DNA of 64,000 nucleotides from a candidate division WWE3 bacterium (GCA_012798115.1 JAAZNV010000007.1:25586-89585), one strand, 5' to 3'. Positions 8,548-19,593 are shown, numbered from the stretch's first letter. Notes: a model not told the origin generated them from the letters alone. Numbers and translations: made by a program.

Positions 8548-9243
8548 TTACGGTTGAAGCTCTCTAAGTGTCAGCAAATTGCTGTTATAGAGCTTCTGTA
8601 CTTGTTCGTTGGATAGTGGAACAATGTTCGTTATCCACCAACCCCTCAGTTCCTTTGGAAGCTCGATTGTTTCATTAAGAAGGACCGTTTCCTCACGGGT
8701 ATCCACTACTTCTTCACTGAATACACTCAACTTCCTCTTGGCATCGTTACTAAGGTAAGCACTATCAAGAATGGCTACAGCATATCTCCCTTCTCTGTTG
8801 GGTGTATGGCCACTTTCAGCGATTATCATGTACATTCCTGATTGCTCCTGAGGTTTGCCTAGTGGAAAGTCCTCTGTGTTGAATTGTACGTAGAAGCATA
8901 AGGAACCATCAGTACTGTAGGTGACATACCAATGGTTCATACTACCCTCAAAACATTCTACTACACGTAAATCTAATCCAAGCGTCTTTGTTACTGCATA
9001 GAACACACGTGCATTGTCAGTTAGATTTTCTTCTTGTACAGAGGCCACTACTGGAACGACAGGAGAAGGTTGTGCAACTGGTGTGCTAGTACTAGTAGGT
9101 TGCACCGTTGGTGTTGGTGAAATTGTTGCAGTGGAAGTAGCAGTTGCAACCAACGCTTGTTCAGTCTTAGCATCTGCCGTTTTGCTGCTACATGCTGAAG
9201 CAACTGTCGCCAACAACACAAGCAAAACCAATAGCCGTTTCAT
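8548..9243 (-). CDS. lipoprotein with Thr/Pro/Ser-rich linker
   Basis: MKRLLVLLVLLATVASAC lipobox; start moved to internal Met preceding signal peptide. Confidence 0.6.
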   Translation of the reverse strand: MKRLLVLLVLLATVASACSSKTADAKTEQALVATATSTATISPTPTVQPTSTSTPVAQPSPVVPVVASVQEENLTDNARVFYAVTKTLGLDLRVVECFEGSMNHWYVTYSTDGSLCFYVQFNTEDFPLGKPQEQSGMYMIIAESGHTPNREGRYAVAILDSAYLSNDAKRKLSVFSEEVVDTREETVLLNETIELPKELRGWWITNIVPLSNEQVQKLYNSNLLTLRELQP

Positions 9244-9367
9244 TCTATCTCCTTTCCTTGTATTTTTCCTGTAATCATTATAACACTTCTCTTCTTCCAT
9301 TTCAACTACTATAAGCCCCAGTGTTTTTAAAGGTAAGTGTAATTGAAATGTGATAACATAAATCTAT

Positions 9368-10021
9368 ATGGCTCTGCCTATTTCCAATAGGAAATTAAAA
9401 ATCAAGTATTTAGCAATTCCAATGGGCATTATCTTTTGTTTGTTTACAGTGTATTGGTTTTTCCCTGTGTTAGTTGGTACATGGAGCTTTATAACTGGAT
9501 ACTTTAATAGGTCTAAAGATACTATTAGTATAGTAAATGATACAACTACTGAAATTGAAAGTATATATTCCAATATAAAGATGGAAGACTTCACACCAAG
9601 TGAGGACACTTTATCATCTCCTGAAATATGGAATCCTAGTTTAGTTGACTTTTATTCTTTTATTGATTCCTACTTTAGATCCATTAATAGGGATGGTTTT
9701 TGGGGCAATTGGAACTACAACAACTCCTATGTCTTTGGAGACGTGCTATCTTTTGATAAGGAAAATAACACTGTCAAAGTCTTTATTTCTCTACCTGATA
9801 ATCAACCTTTCTCTAAAAAGGTACAAGATATTCTTGTTAAATGTACTAAAGAAACATCTTCAATTATTTCTAGCAATAACTTAATAGCAAAAGAACAAAA
9901 CGTTGATTTATTTGATGTTATGATCCCTGGAAAGGATTCAATATATTTTTATTGTTTAGACAAAGATTGTAGTTCTATGGGAGCATCTTGTATTCTTGTA
10001 AGATATGAAGAAGTTAAGTGA
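9368..10021 (+). CDS. membrane-anchored hypothetical protein (first gene of pilus-associated block)
   Basis: N-terminal TM segment, extracytoplasmic Asn/Ser/Thr-rich body; overlaps next gene by 17 nt. Confidence 0.4.
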   Translation: MALPISNRKLKIKYLAIPMGIIFCLFTVYWFFPVLVGTWSFITGYFNRSKDTISIVNDTTTEIESIYSNIKMEDFTPSEDTLSSPEIWNPSLVDFYSFIDSYFRSINRDGFWGNWNYNNSYVFGDVLSFDKENNTVKVFISLPDNQPFSKKVQDILVKCTKETSSIISSNNLIAKEQNVDLFDVMIPGKDSIYFYCLDKDCSSMGASCILVRYEEVK

Positions 10022-12197
10022 TTTAAGCTTAAATAAAAAATTGTTAAGAGTTGTTATTGCTTTAGTTTCTTTGTTTGTCTTTTGTTTGTTTTTAAAAACT
10101 AAAGCTGCTTGTGATTGCAAAGGTCCTGCTTACTCTGATTCTGAGTGGTGGCAGTGTAGTTCTAATATGTGTTGTAAAGGTCAAGGTTGTCCATCTTGGG
10201 TGTGTAGGTATGAAACTACATGTGTTTGGTCTGGAATAGAATATGATACTTGCTGGGATTATGTTTGTACTTGTTCTAGGTACAGAGTGATTGGTGGGGT
10301 AAGGGAGTGTGTTTCTCAAACATGTAAATGGAAATCTCGTAATTGCAATGCTCATTCAGTTTGTTATAAAACAGAAACTACACCTGTATATTGCAACGGT
10401 TCTTGTTATATATGCCCTACGGATTGCAATAAGATAGATGGAGGATGGTCATCATGGAGTACCTGTTCTGCAGTATGTGGAGGAGGAACTCAAACAAGAA
10501 CATGTACTAATCCTTCCCCATCATGTGGAGGATCATCATGTTCTGGAGCATCATCTCAAGCTTGTAATACTCAAGCATGTGATGTTCTACCCATTGGTGC
10601 TCATGATTCTTCAAATTGCAGTTGTTCCGGTCAAGTTACAGCAAGTGGATGGGCTTGTGATCAAAACAACTGGTCATCTGATCTACAAGTAGATTTCTAT
10701 AGAGATGGAACATCATCAACAGGAATATCCATTGGATCAGCTACAGCAGGTACTTCAAGACCAGACTTAGGAAGTGGCTGTGGTGGAGATATAAACCATG
10801 GATTTAAATTTACTTCATCTCCTCAACCTACCGGTCCCCATACAATTTATGCTTATGCTATAGATGTACCACTTGGTACTAGTAAACTGCTTAGTAACTC
10901 TCCAAAGTCAATTACTTGTGGATTAACATACACACTAAAGATAAACATTAAAGATGCAGAAAGTGGATGTTCTTCTCTTGGATCAGGAATTGAAGGAGCT
11001 AAAGTTTATGTATATAAATCAATTGGAGGAATAGCAGGAGATCCGCTAACAGGATCTCCAGCTACATCTGACTCAAATGGAGTTGCAACATTTGAAAATG
11101 TTTCAGTTTCAGATAAAAGCTTTATCATTTCAGTATCTAAATCAACAGGAGGATCAAATCCAATATATTACCAACTAACCTGTCCAACACTATCACTATA
11201 CAAGATAACTTTAAATCCTTCTCCTACTGCTTGTTCTACTCAAACTATCAATCTTGGAATAAAACAAATTAAGAAAGATCCATGGTTAACAGTAATAGAT
11301 GGAGATATCTTTTCATCAAATGTATCTGTTGTTGTTCCTCAAGGAGAAGGATCAGGTGATTTTTCCTTATCTCTTGTAAACTCCAGAGAAGAAGGATCAT
11401 CAGGTATAGGAGGATATATATTTACCAAGGGATATATATCAACAAATGATAACTCTTTGTATGAGCCTAGTCTTGGAGGAAAGATCTTTGATATATCCCA
11501 AAGATCAAGCTTAAATCATGATGATATATCTTTAATGAACCTATCAAAAAGAAACTTTTCTCCACCTTTACATGATATGGTTGTAGAAACATCAAACATA
11601 TCATCATTTGAAGCAGGAAAAGTATACAAGATATCAGTTTTGGATTTTAACAATAAAATCTCATCTTCTCCAGTTGTCTATACAATATCTTCATCATCTG
11701 AAGAAGAGTTATCTTCAAAAGGAGTATCAACTGCAATACTATACATAACAAGTGATAATAATGATACTGATATAGTCTTTAAAAACTCATATACATCATC
11801 AAATAACAACTCAAGGTTAATAATAGTTACAGATTTAAATGTTGTAGTATCATCAAATGTTGGATTTTCTAACATATCAACATACACCATAAACTCTTTA
11901 CCATTAATTCAAGCTGCAATAATATCATCAAAAGATATATCTTTTGAATCCAAAGGCACTTCTCCTGCATCAGATATTCCTATCATGGTAACAGGACCTT
12001 TGATTACCTCATCAAATATATTACGAGGAAGAAACATTGGATCATTAAATGGGTATTATCCTTCCTTAGCAGTATCTTTTTATCCTAAGTATCTTTATGA
12101 TATTGCAGTTATAGAAAGATACATGTCAAAAACATATGATATAAGATCATATACAGGTATTTCTTCTTATGATCTTCAATTTGATTATCAACCTTAG
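10005..12197 (+). CDS. large secreted Cys-rich protein with thrombospondin type-1 repeat, CarbopepD_reg-like beta-sandwich and Ser/Thr-rich stalk; putative pilus-associated adhesin
   Basis: N-terminal TM/signal; 40+ Cys in first 200 aa; [45 protein letters not shown] = canonical TSP1 (WSxWSxCSxTCGxGxQxRxR.C) motif; C-terminal ~400 aa S/T/N low complexity. Confidence 0.6.
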   Translation: MKKLSDLSLNKKLLRVVIALVSLFVFCLFLKTKAACDCKGPAYSDSEWWQCSSNMCCKGQGCPSWVCRYETTCVWSGIEYDTCWDYVCTCSRYRVIGGVRECVSQTCKWKSRNCNAHSVCYKTETTPVYCNGSCYICPTDCNKIDGGWSSWSTCSAVCGGGTQTRTCTNPSPSCGGSSCSGASSQACNTQACDVLPIGAHDSSNCSCSGQVTASGWACDQNNWSSDLQVDFYRDGTSSTGISIGSATAGTSRPDLGSGCGGDINHGFKFTSSPQPTGPHTIYAYAIDVPLGTSKLLSNSPKSITCGLTYTLKINIKDAESGCSSLGSGIEGAKVYVYKSIGGIAGDPLTGSPATSDSNGVATFENVSVSDKSFIISVSKSTGGSNPIYYQLTCPTLSLYKITLNPSPTACSTQTINLGIKQIKKDPWLTVIDGDIFSSNVSVVVPQGEGSGDFSLSLVNSREEGSSGIGGYIFTKGYISTNDNSLYEPSLGGKIFDISQRSSLNHDDISLMNLSKRNFSPPLHDMVVETSNISSFEAGKVYKISVLDFNNKISSSPVVYTISSSSEEELSSKGVSTAILYITSDNNDTDIVFKNSYTSSNNNSRLIIVTDLNVVVSSNVGFSNISTYTINSLPLIQAAIISSKDISFESKGTSPASDIPIMVTGPLITSSNILRGRNIGSLNGYYPSLAVSFYPKYLYDIAVIERYMSKTYDIRSYTGISSYDLQFDYQP

Positions 12198-12301
12198 GTC
12201 TGTATGAATATATAGTAGTGTATACATAGTATGAACAGTTGTAGTTTGATATAGATCAAAACAAAGTTTAATATTAAATTAAATCAAACAAATTAAACAC
12301 A

Positions 12302-13159
12302 ATGAAAATTGAGAACATAAGAACAAAACAAAAAGGACAAACCTTACTATTTGTTATAGTAGCTGTAACAATAGCAATGGCAGTAGGGGTATCAGTATCA
12401 ACTAGAACGCTAGATTTAACAAGAAGAGTATCAAGAACAGACACATCCGCACGAGTACTAGCAGCATCAGAAGGTGGCATAGAAAGACTTTTAACTCAAT
12501 CAGAAGCTTTCTTAGACAGCTTAGAAACTACAAATCCTGACTGTGCACAAGCAGGTGGAGAACCTTATACAGATGGGAAGTGTATCATTTCATTTTCTTC
12601 TTCTCCTGAAGATAAGATTACCTCAGTAGCCATAATCGATGCAGAAAAATTTAAATTAAATGGACCTGATTATTACTGGTTTGATTTAGATCCAGGGTAC
12701 ATAAAGGAAGTAAATCTAGAAGGATACACAAGTAGTAAAATTGAAGTATGTTGGGATAACAAAGATGCTGCATTGTATTTCTTTTCTTATAACAAATCAT
12801 CTAAAATAAAAAAGGGTGGTTTTTACTCTGAAGAATTTCCAAATAAAGAAGTTGTATCTGGATTGGTACAAAAGACTAAAACTAGAACTGAACACGATGC
12901 TTGTGGAGACATTGACTTAGTATCTAATCCTTATGGATTAAGATTAAAAACGTTCTTTGCTTCTGCAAAAATTTATGTTTATCCTACTGGAGGAGCAACA
13001 GGCAGTTTTCCTTATCAAGGTTATAAACTAATGTCAAAAGGAGAACTTTCTATTGAAAATGATGTTACTGACTCAAAAACAGTAAATGTTTATAGATCTC
13101 ATCTTTATGCACCTTCTGTTTTTGATTACGCTTTATATACAAGTGGAAACTTAGATTAG
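12302..13159 (+). CDS. PilX_N-like minor pilin / pilus assembly protein
   Basis: KGQTLLFVIVAVTIAMAVGVSVSTRTLDL N-terminus (prepilin-like without Glu5) typical of PilX_N; paralog of 17138..17965. Confidence 0.5.
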   Translation: MKIENIRTKQKGQTLLFVIVAVTIAMAVGVSVSTRTLDLTRRVSRTDTSARVLAASEGGIERLLTQSEAFLDSLETTNPDCAQAGGEPYTDGKCIISFSSSPEDKITSVAIIDAEKFKLNGPDYYWFDLDPGYIKEVNLEGYTSSKIEVCWDNKDAALYFFSYNKSSKIKKGGFYSEEFPNKEVVSGLVQKTKTRTEHDACGDIDLVSNPYGLRLKTFFASAKIYVYPTGGATGSFPYQGYKLMSKGELSIENDVTDSKTVNVYRSHLYAPSVFDYALYTSGNLD

Positions 13160-13206
13160 CTAAATGCTTACCTACCCTGCTCTTTTATTAATGAGAATTG
13201 TTTTTC

Positions 13207-13235
13207 TTGACTTTAAGTGATTGCCAAATCATACT
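13207..13235 (+). promoter_or_regulatory. candidate promoter of pilin operon (TTGACT-17-CATACT)
   Basis: sequence match only. Confidence 0.25.
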
Positions 13236-13316
13236 TGTAGTACGGCAACAAAGTAACTTAGCTGCCATAATTTAGAAATTATAAAAGTTATATTGTTGTA
13301 AGGAGGTGACCTGTAG

Positions 13317-13898
13317 ATGAAAAAGTTAAATAAAAATAATGGTTCGGAAACAGGTTTTACGCTTATTGAACTTCTTATAGTCATAGTCATCATTGGTATA
13401 TTAGCAGGAGTACTTATTGCAGTTGTTAATCCATATAGACAACAAAACAGAGCTAGAAATGCAACGATAAAAGCATCTTTAACCAAGGTTGCTTTTGGCA
13501 TAAACACAGCAAGAGCTTCTCTTGGTAGACTTCCATCCAGTAGTGAACTAGCAGTAGAGCTTGACAATGTTACTCCTAATGCAGATTGCACTGGTGCTGA
13601 TGAATTAGATTGTAGGTTTACTTTAAGTGGGACAAGTTTACCTAGTACTTGTGATGCAGGTTTAATTGCAGGAGATACAGAAACAGGATCAAAATGCAGT
13701 ATGGCAATTTCTACGACCAATGCAGGTAGTTTAGTAAACGGAGCCTTTAGAATTACTGCTAAACAATTTAAGATTAATCCAGCAGATGTTGGTGCAGTAT
13801 TTGTTTTTGATTCAACAAGAGGCTTATGGTCTTGCCCGTCTGATGTTAATTATTCAACAGTTGATTTAGCATCTAGCTGCACAGAAGTAACGGAATAA
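13317..13898 (+). CDS. type IV pilin (probable major pilin, PilA-like)
   Basis: ETGFTLIELLIVIVIIGILAGV class III signal (G-1, E+5); C-terminal Cys pair; RBS AAGGAGGTGA. Confidence 0.8.
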   Translation: MKKLNKNNGSETGFTLIELLIVIVIIGILAGVLIAVVNPYRQQNRARNATIKASLTKVAFGINTARASLGRLPSSSELAVELDNVTPNADCTGADELDCRFTLSGTSLPSTCDAGLIAGDTETGSKCSMAISTTNAGSLVNGAFRITAKQFKINPADVGAVFVFDSTRGLWSCPSDVNYSTVDLASSCTEVTE

Positions 13899-13904
13899 CA
13901 ACTT

Positions 13905-14360
13905 ATGAATAAAAAGAATGGATTCACATTGATAGAAATGATGATAGTTGTGGTTGTAATTTCTATACTTAGTGGTGTTGTTGTGTCTGTATTAAACCAA
14001 GGAAAACAAAGGGATAGAGCTAAAGACTCAGTAAGTCTTGCAAATTTAGAAAAGGTAGTTTCAGCCATTGAATCTTACTTTTATTCGGAAGGAACCTATC
14101 CAACAATTGAAAGTACTGATAATGGAAATCCGTTAAACAACAGTTCGAACATAGTTCTTGATCAATACGTACAAATATGGCCAGAAGGATTTGTCTACAT
14201 TTATGATAATTCATCAAATCAATTTGCTGTTTATGTAAAAAGAATCTCTAATGATAATTACTATAAATTTTCTTCAACAAGTGGTGAAATACAAGAGTGT
14301 TATGGCAGCACGCTTGAGATTCAAGAAAGAGTTTCTGCTTGTGATGTAGTTACTAATTAA
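13905..14360 (+). CDS. type IV pilin-like protein
   Basis: KNGFTLIEMMIVVVVISILSG prepilin N-terminus. Confidence 0.75.
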   Translation: MNKKNGFTLIEMMIVVVVISILSGVVVSVLNQGKQRDRAKDSVSLANLEKVVSAIESYFYSEGTYPTIESTDNGNPLNNSSNIVLDQYVQIWPEGFVYIYDNSSNQFAVYVKRISNDNYYKFSSTSGEIQECYGSTLEIQERVSACDVVTN

Positions 14361-14383
14361 TATTTATAACATATAATTAAAAT

Positions 14384-14953
14384 ATGAAACACTTCATGAG
14401 GGCAAATAAACAAATTAAAAAACAAAAAGGTTTTACGCTAATAGAATTGATGTTGGTTGTGCTAATAATTGGGATTCTAAGTGGAGTTACTTTAAGTGTA
14501 ATAAATATAAAAGGCATTCAGTCAAAGTCCAGAGATGCAAGAAGAGTTGGAGATTTGAAGAAAATGCAAACTGCTCTTGAGCTTTATTACTCAGATTACC
14601 GTGGTTATCCTATGAAAAGCACGTGGGAGAACGTTAATGATTCCTTATCAGTTTTATCTTTGGCTATTGTTCCAAGTTATATAAGCAAAATGCCTCTTGA
14701 TCCGTTGGAAGGAAAAGCTACTCCTGATAGCAACTGTTATGGGGGTGTTTCTGCACATGGTTACTATTATATCACTCCGGATTGCGTTGGAACTGGTTGC
14801 CTTGCAGGAAGATATATATTAGGGGCTGTTGTGGAAATTGAAACTAGTGCATCTGACAACCTTTGTTCCCAACTTACAAATTGTCTTCAAGGATATATCT
14901 CAAATTGCAATTGTGGGGGAAATTACTGTTATGCCGTTGAAAATCCACTCTAA
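14384..14953 (+). CDS. type IV pilin-like protein (Cys-rich C-terminus)
   Basis: KQKGFTLIELMLVVLIIGILSG prepilin N-terminus. Confidence 0.75.
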   Translation: MKHFMRANKQIKKQKGFTLIELMLVVLIIGILSGVTLSVINIKGIQSKSRDARRVGDLKKMQTALELYYSDYRGYPMKSTWENVNDSLSVLSLAIVPSYISKMPLDPLEGKATPDSNCYGGVSAHGYYYITPDCVGTGCLAGRYILGAVVEIETSASDNLCSQLTNCLQGYISNCNCGGNYCYAVENPL

Positions 14954-15461
14954 GTTAGCAAATAAACCTTTATGTTCACCCCCTACTTCTGCAGGATTTA
15001 CAATTATTGAGGTTGTAATTGTTACTGGTTTAATAATATTACTAGCTTCTCTTTTAATTATTAATGTTGACCCCGTTGGAAGCAAAAAGAAGTCAAGAGA
15101 TGAAAAGAGAATGTCAGATGTTTCAACTATAGATAGAGCTATAAGCGAGTTTGTAGCAGATAAAAAAAGATACCCAGATCAATCTAACATATTAAGACAA
15201 AGTACTATTCTTCCTGCAGGATCTTCCCAGCTTACTAGCTCAAAATCAGGATGGATTCAAGAAGACTTATCTTCTTACTCCTCTCTTCTTCCAATAGATC
15301 CTTTAAATGATGATTTATACCATTATTACTATATTCACAATCTTAATAGTTATGAAGTAAATGCAAAGTTAGAAATACTCACTACTGAAATGATAAATGA
15401 TGGTGGTAACGATGATTCTTTTTACGAAATTGGTAACAACTTAAACTTAATTTCACCATAA
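14931..15461 (+). CDS. type IV pilin-like / pseudopilin
   Basis: SAGFTIIEVVIVTGLIILLASL; start set at internal ATG 14931 (track ORF starts 14829 inside previous gene). Confidence 0.6.
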   Translation: MPLKIHSKLANKPLCSPPTSAGFTIIEVVIVTGLIILLASLLIINVDPVGSKKKSRDEKRMSDVSTIDRAISEFVADKKRYPDQSNILRQSTILPAGSSQLTSSKSGWIQEDLSSYSSLLPIDPLNDDLYHYYYIHNLNSYEVNAKLEILTTEMINDGGNDDSFYEIGNNLNLISP

Positions 15462-15484
15462 TTTTTGTGATAATATAAACTCAT

Positions 15485-16018
15485 ATGACTCTGCCCACAA
15501 AAAACTCAGCATTTACTCTAATTGAACTTCTTCTTGTTGTTACAATCATATCTATCATTTCAGTAGGGGTGATTCCTGCATTTACTTCCTATATTAGAAA
15601 TCAAAACTTGAAACAAGCTCAAGAGCAAATAAAGAGTGATTTAAGAAGTACTCAAAACAAAGCATTAACTGGTTCCTTATCAGATCAGTTTATTGGCAGT
15701 GCCTTAATGAAATTCTGGGGAATAAAATTTACCAATAATAGTTCAACTTATGATTTTTTTATATCTTCTGTTGATGATTCTTGTCCTATAAACTATGTTC
15801 AAGGACAGTATCAAGGAAATGGAAAATTATCTAATAATTTAAGAATACAAAATTTTAATGAAGGTCAATCTGGTTGTTTATTCTTTAATGTTCAAGATGG
15901 GGGTATTTCTTCGCCAGGGTTTGGGAGTGCTGGTTCTGTAGTTGTTGGATATTCTGTTTCAGAAGTCAAAAACGTTTTTTTCAACAGTTCAGGTTTGATT
16001 TATTCAACTAATGATTAA
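15485..16018 (+). CDS. type IV pilin-like / pseudopilin (Ala at -1)
   Basis: KNSAFTLIELLLVVTIISIISVGV. Confidence 0.65.
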   Translation: MTLPTKNSAFTLIELLLVVTIISIISVGVIPAFTSYIRNQNLKQAQEQIKSDLRSTQNKALTGSLSDQFIGSALMKFWGIKFTNNSSTYDFFISSVDDSCPINYVQGQYQGNGKLSNNLRIQNFNEGQSGCLFFNVQDGGISSPGFGSAGSVVVGYSVSEVKNVFFNSSGLIYSTND

Positions 16019-16052
16019 ATTAAATGACTAAGATAAAGTAGATTAAATAATT

Positions 16053-16556
16053 ATGATGAGCATAAGAAAAAAAGAAAAAAGAAAAGAAAGGAACCAAGAT
16101 GGAATTGCTTTAGTAGAAGTTATTGCATCTATTGGAATAGCTGTTGTAGTCATTACATCTCTTGTTTCTTTGTCTATATCTACCTTAAGGACATCGTTGA
16201 AGAGTAAACTCTTGCTAGAAGGATCAAAAATAGCAAATAGAGAATTAGAATTAGTAAGGGCATATAGAGACAACAGCATTTCATGGGAGCAGTTTATATC
16301 TGATATAAGATTATGTGATACTGGTTGTTCTATGTTTACTGATGGTTCAGGTATAACTCCTCAAGCAACAGTTGAAAACGCTGACACAACAGAAGCTTTG
16401 GCTAGATCCTTTACAGCAACTACTCCTGAAGGCTTCCAACTTACGCCTGGCGTCGACAATATAGCTAGAATTTCTGTTTCTGTAACATGGACTGTAGGGG
16501 GAGAAATAAAAGGAACATACCTTTATACTGATTTAACCAACTGGAGATCTGAATAA
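16053..16556 (+). CDS. PilV/GspI-like minor pilin
   Basis: QDGIALVEVIASIGIAVVVITSLVSL (G-1, E+5). Confidence 0.6.
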   Translation: MMSIRKKEKRKERNQDGIALVEVIASIGIAVVVITSLVSLSISTLRTSLKSKLLLEGSKIANRELELVRAYRDNSISWEQFISDIRLCDTGCSMFTDGSGITPQATVENADTTEALARSFTATTPEGFQLTPGVDNIARISVSVTWTVGGEIKGTYLYTDLTNWRSE

Positions 16557-17098
16557 TGACAAAAAAAAGTGGTTATGAAAGTCAAAAGGGCTTTACACTT
16601 ATAGAACTTCTTCTGGTAATTGCTCTCTTAGCAATATCAATTGGGGTTACTAACGATATTCTTATATCTTTAATTAGAAGTAATAATAAAACTCAAGTAA
16701 TGAATGAAATTGAGCAACAATCTAACTTTGTATCCTTAAAGGTCGAGAAAGAGCTGAGGAATGCTAGAGCAATAAACAACCCTGTTTCTGGAAGTAGCGG
16801 GACAATTCTTAGCTTTTCAACAAGAAATGGAGACACTATTGAGTATGAAGTCTTGTCTGGAGTAATTTATAGAAAACTAAACTCTGGTAATGCAATAGCT
16901 GTAACGTCAAGCGCTAGCCCTGGGGGTGTTATTGTATCTTGCAGTAATGGGGTAGATTCTTGTTTTTCTACATTTGGAGTTAATCCTCAAATAGTGAGTA
17001 TAAATATGGATTTCACTCAAGCTCAACCTAGTGCAGGTAGATCTTATACTGGAAAAGTTGGAATAAAAAGTACGATTGTTGTTAGAAACACTTACTAA
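16556..17098 (+). CDS. type IV pilin-like protein
   Basis: QKGFTLIELLLVIALLAISIGV. Confidence 0.75.
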   Translation: MTKKSGYESQKGFTLIELLLVIALLAISIGVTNDILISLIRSNNKTQVMNEIEQQSNFVSLKVEKELRNARAINNPVSGSSGTILSFSTRNGDTIEYEVLSGVIYRKLNSGNAIAVTSSASPGGVIVSCSNGVDSCFSTFGVNPQIVSINMDFTQAQPSAGRSYTGKVGIKSTIVVRNTY

Positions 17099-17137
17099 TA
17101 TGTTAGTTGAATAAATTGCTTTGGTTTTAGCAAAGAC

Positions 17138-17965
17138 ATGAATGATAAGAAAGAAATGTATGAGAAAAGAAAAGAAAAGGGTCAAACGCTTGTAGCAATA
17201 CTTGTTCTTATGGTTTTAGCTCTTACTGTTGGTGTTGTAGTTTCTAATAGGTTTATCAAAAGCTTAAAGGATATATCTCAATCTGATAATTCTTCTAAAG
17301 CACTTGCTGTTGCAGAAGCTGCTGTTGAAAGAATACTTCTTTTGCCCAATGAAACTCTTGAAGGGTATATTAATTTTGGTAATTGTAGCTCTGATTGTGT
17401 ACTGGAGATAACAGGAGTTCTTGGCCAAAAAGTAAGAGCAGATGTTTCTTTAAGTTTTATTGGTGCAAGTAACGAACCTTTTCAGCTGAAAGGAAAAGAA
17501 GGAGAAGTATCTCAAGTATCTTTAAGTGGATATACATCCGGAAGTACTTTAAGTGTTTGCTGGGATGATGATGCTTCTATATACGCTTCATATATTTATG
17601 AACAAAGTGGTGTAATTAAATCAAATGTTTATGCTTATAATGCAATAGGGTATAGTGGTTTTGACAATGGTTTTACTGAAGCAACCTCATCTCAAGGACA
17701 TCAAAATTGTTTTAATGTTATTGCATCAAATACTCCTAAACTTTTGAGAATAAAGCCGTTTCTGTCAGATCCAGTTATTTATGTTATTCCTTCTGGTGGA
17801 CAAAATCTTCCAAGCCAAGGTGTATTAATTACATCTACAGGAAGAGCAGGAAGTGCTATTAAAACAGTAAAAGTGTTGAAATCTATGTCTTCTGCTCCTG
17901 AATATTTTGATTTTGTAATTTATCAGAAGTCTTATACAGACCCATTGTCTAATAGGACTAACTAA
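17138..17965 (+). CDS. PilX_N-like minor pilin / pilus assembly protein (paralog of 12302..13159)
   Basis: KGQTLVAILVLMVLALTVGVVVS; shared blocks ARVLAASEGG/ALAVAEAAVE and VCWDNKDA/VCWDDDAS with first paralog. Confidence 0.5.
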   Translation: MNDKKEMYEKRKEKGQTLVAILVLMVLALTVGVVVSNRFIKSLKDISQSDNSSKALAVAEAAVERILLLPNETLEGYINFGNCSSDCVLEITGVLGQKVRADVSLSFIGASNEPFQLKGKEGEVSQVSLSGYTSGSTLSVCWDDDASIYASYIYEQSGVIKSNVYAYNAIGYSGFDNGFTEATSSQGHQNCFNVIASNTPKLLRIKPFLSDPVIYVIPSGGQNLPSQGVLITSTGRAGSAIKTVKVLKSMSSAPEYFDFVIYQKSYTDPLSNRTN

Positions 17966-17979
17966 TGTAACATTTCATT

Positions 17980-19011
17980 ATGCCCGTGATAGGTTTAAAT
18001 ATTGGAAAGAGGAGTTTTAGAGCAGTAGAGCTTGAAAGTAGAAAAGACAAGCTTGTATTGAATACTTTTGGCACCTTTATCAATCCTAAGATTACAACAG
18101 ATCCTAGTTCTTCGGAAGATGTAAAAATAGTTTCATCTGCTCTTGAACAGTTTGTTTCGGAAACAGGGTTTAGTACATCAGACGTTGTTCTTAGCATAGA
18201 TGAAACTCATGTATTCATGAGGATTATTAAACTTCCTATTATGAGTGATAAAGAATTAAAAAGTTCTATTAAATATGAAGCTGAGCAATATATTCCTCTG
18301 CCCCTTGACCAGGTTAATCTTTCTTACCAAAAGATTGATCAAGATATCACTGAAAAGGGAAAAATGAGTGTTCAAATTGTTGCAGCCAGAAAGGATATTG
18401 TAAATAAATACGTAGATATACTTAGAAAGGCTAAACTCGTTCCAAGAGCCATAGAACCTGAAACAATAGCCTTAGGAAGAGCTCTTGGTGATTCTCTTAA
18501 TGCTCCGTCTGGCACAATGATTTTAGAAATGGGATATGGAAGTACCTTAATTATTGTTTGTTATGGCGGCTTTGTTAGATTTACAAGAGCTATTCCAATT
18601 GGGGGTGATGTAATTACCAAAACTTTAATGCAAAGTCTTAGTTTAGATCATGAACAAGCTGAAGAGTATAAAAAGGCCTATGGTCTTGATGATTTTCAAG
18701 GAGAAGGAAAAGTTGCTCAGGTAGTAAAACCAATAATTGATAATTTAATACTTGAAGTTCAAAGAGCAGCTGTTTTCTTCACAAATCATAATCCATCTGC
18801 TAACATAAAAAGAGTTATCTTAAGCGGAGGTACTGCCCTGATGCCTAATCTTTTATCTTATGTTGCTAATAAACTTGATTTAGAAGTAATACTTGCTAAT
18901 CCTTTGAATAATATTGAGATATCTCCTAAGATAGAAAAACAAAAACAACTTCTTATTGATGAAGCTCCAAGTTATGCTTCTGCAATTGGTTTAGCTTTAA
19001 GGAGGGTTTAA
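17980..19011 (+). CDS. pilM: type IV pilus assembly ATPase-fold protein PilM
   Basis: 343 aa actin-like fold, IGLNIG...AVEL N-terminus, position immediately upstream of pilN/pilO. Confidence 0.75.
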   Translation: MPVIGLNIGKRSFRAVELESRKDKLVLNTFGTFINPKITTDPSSSEDVKIVSSALEQFVSETGFSTSDVVLSIDETHVFMRIIKLPIMSDKELKSSIKYEAEQYIPLPLDQVNLSYQKIDQDITEKGKMSVQIVAARKDIVNKYVDILRKAKLVPRAIEPETIALGRALGDSLNAPSGTMILEMGYGSTLIIVCYGGFVRFTRAIPIGGDVITKTLMQSLSLDHEQAEEYKKAYGLDDFQGEGKVAQVVKPIIDNLILEVQRAAVFFTNHNPSANIKRVILSGGTALMPNLLSYVANKLDLEVILANPLNNIEISPKIEKQKQLLIDEAPSYASAIGLALRRV

Positions 19012-19593
19012 ATGGTTAGTAGCGATATTAATCTTATTCCACAAGAAGAAATAATTGTTCAAAAGAAAACAAAAGCTGTGAAAGCAAGCACTTACGTTGC
19101 TCTAGGCGCCCTTGTATTGTCAGCACTTGTATCTTTGTACCTTTTCTTGGCTGCTAAGAGCATAAAAACCCAAATTGCTCAAATAGATGTAGATATAAAC
19201 TCACTAAGAAGCCAAATTTCTAATCTCAGCCAAGTGGAAATATCTGCTAGAAACTTGGATAAGAAATTTAATATTCTACAAACACTTTTTAAAGAAAGAC
19301 CAAGATACTCCCTTCTTTTAGAAGAAATAAAAAACAGAAATCCAGAAGGGCTTTTAGTTGAAAGCATGGATGTTAAATCCGGTCAAGCTACCTTATCTGG
19401 TGTTGCTGGAGATTATATTGCTATTGCTAGCTTTATTAATAATTTAGTGGATAAGAATTTTGAGGGTGGCAATCCTCCTCTTAAGGATGTATTCACTTCA
19501 GTCACATTAAATTCCGTTAATCTTGAAAAATCCACCAACCAAGTAAAGTTTTTTATTGTAGTTAATTTTGATGAAGGTAAACTTAAGCAATGA
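19012..19593 (+). CDS. pilN: type IV pilus assembly protein PilN
   Basis: N-terminal INLIP(QE) motif (PilM-binding INLLP), single TM, coiled-coil periplasmic domain. Confidence 0.65.
   Translation: MVSSDINLIPQEEIIVQKKTKAVKASTYVALGALVLSALVSLYLFLAAKSIKTQIAQIDVDINSLRSQISNLSQVEISARNLDKKFNILQTLFKERPRYSLLLEEIKNRNPEGLLVESMDVKSGQATLSGVAGDYIAIASFINNLVDKNFEGGNPPLKDVFTSVTLNSVNLEKSTNQVKFFIVVNFDEGKLKQ

Noticed and set aside
9014-10692. Short antisense/overlapping ORFs (9014..9274+, 9364..9609-, 10092..10355-, 10438..10692+)
   Set aside because: Embedded in or opposite better-supported genes, with biased composition typical of shadow ORFs
14829-14930. Upstream extension of pilin ORF (MWKLKL...)
   Set aside because: Lies entirely inside the preceding pilin gene; the class III signal peptide begins after the internal ATG at 14931
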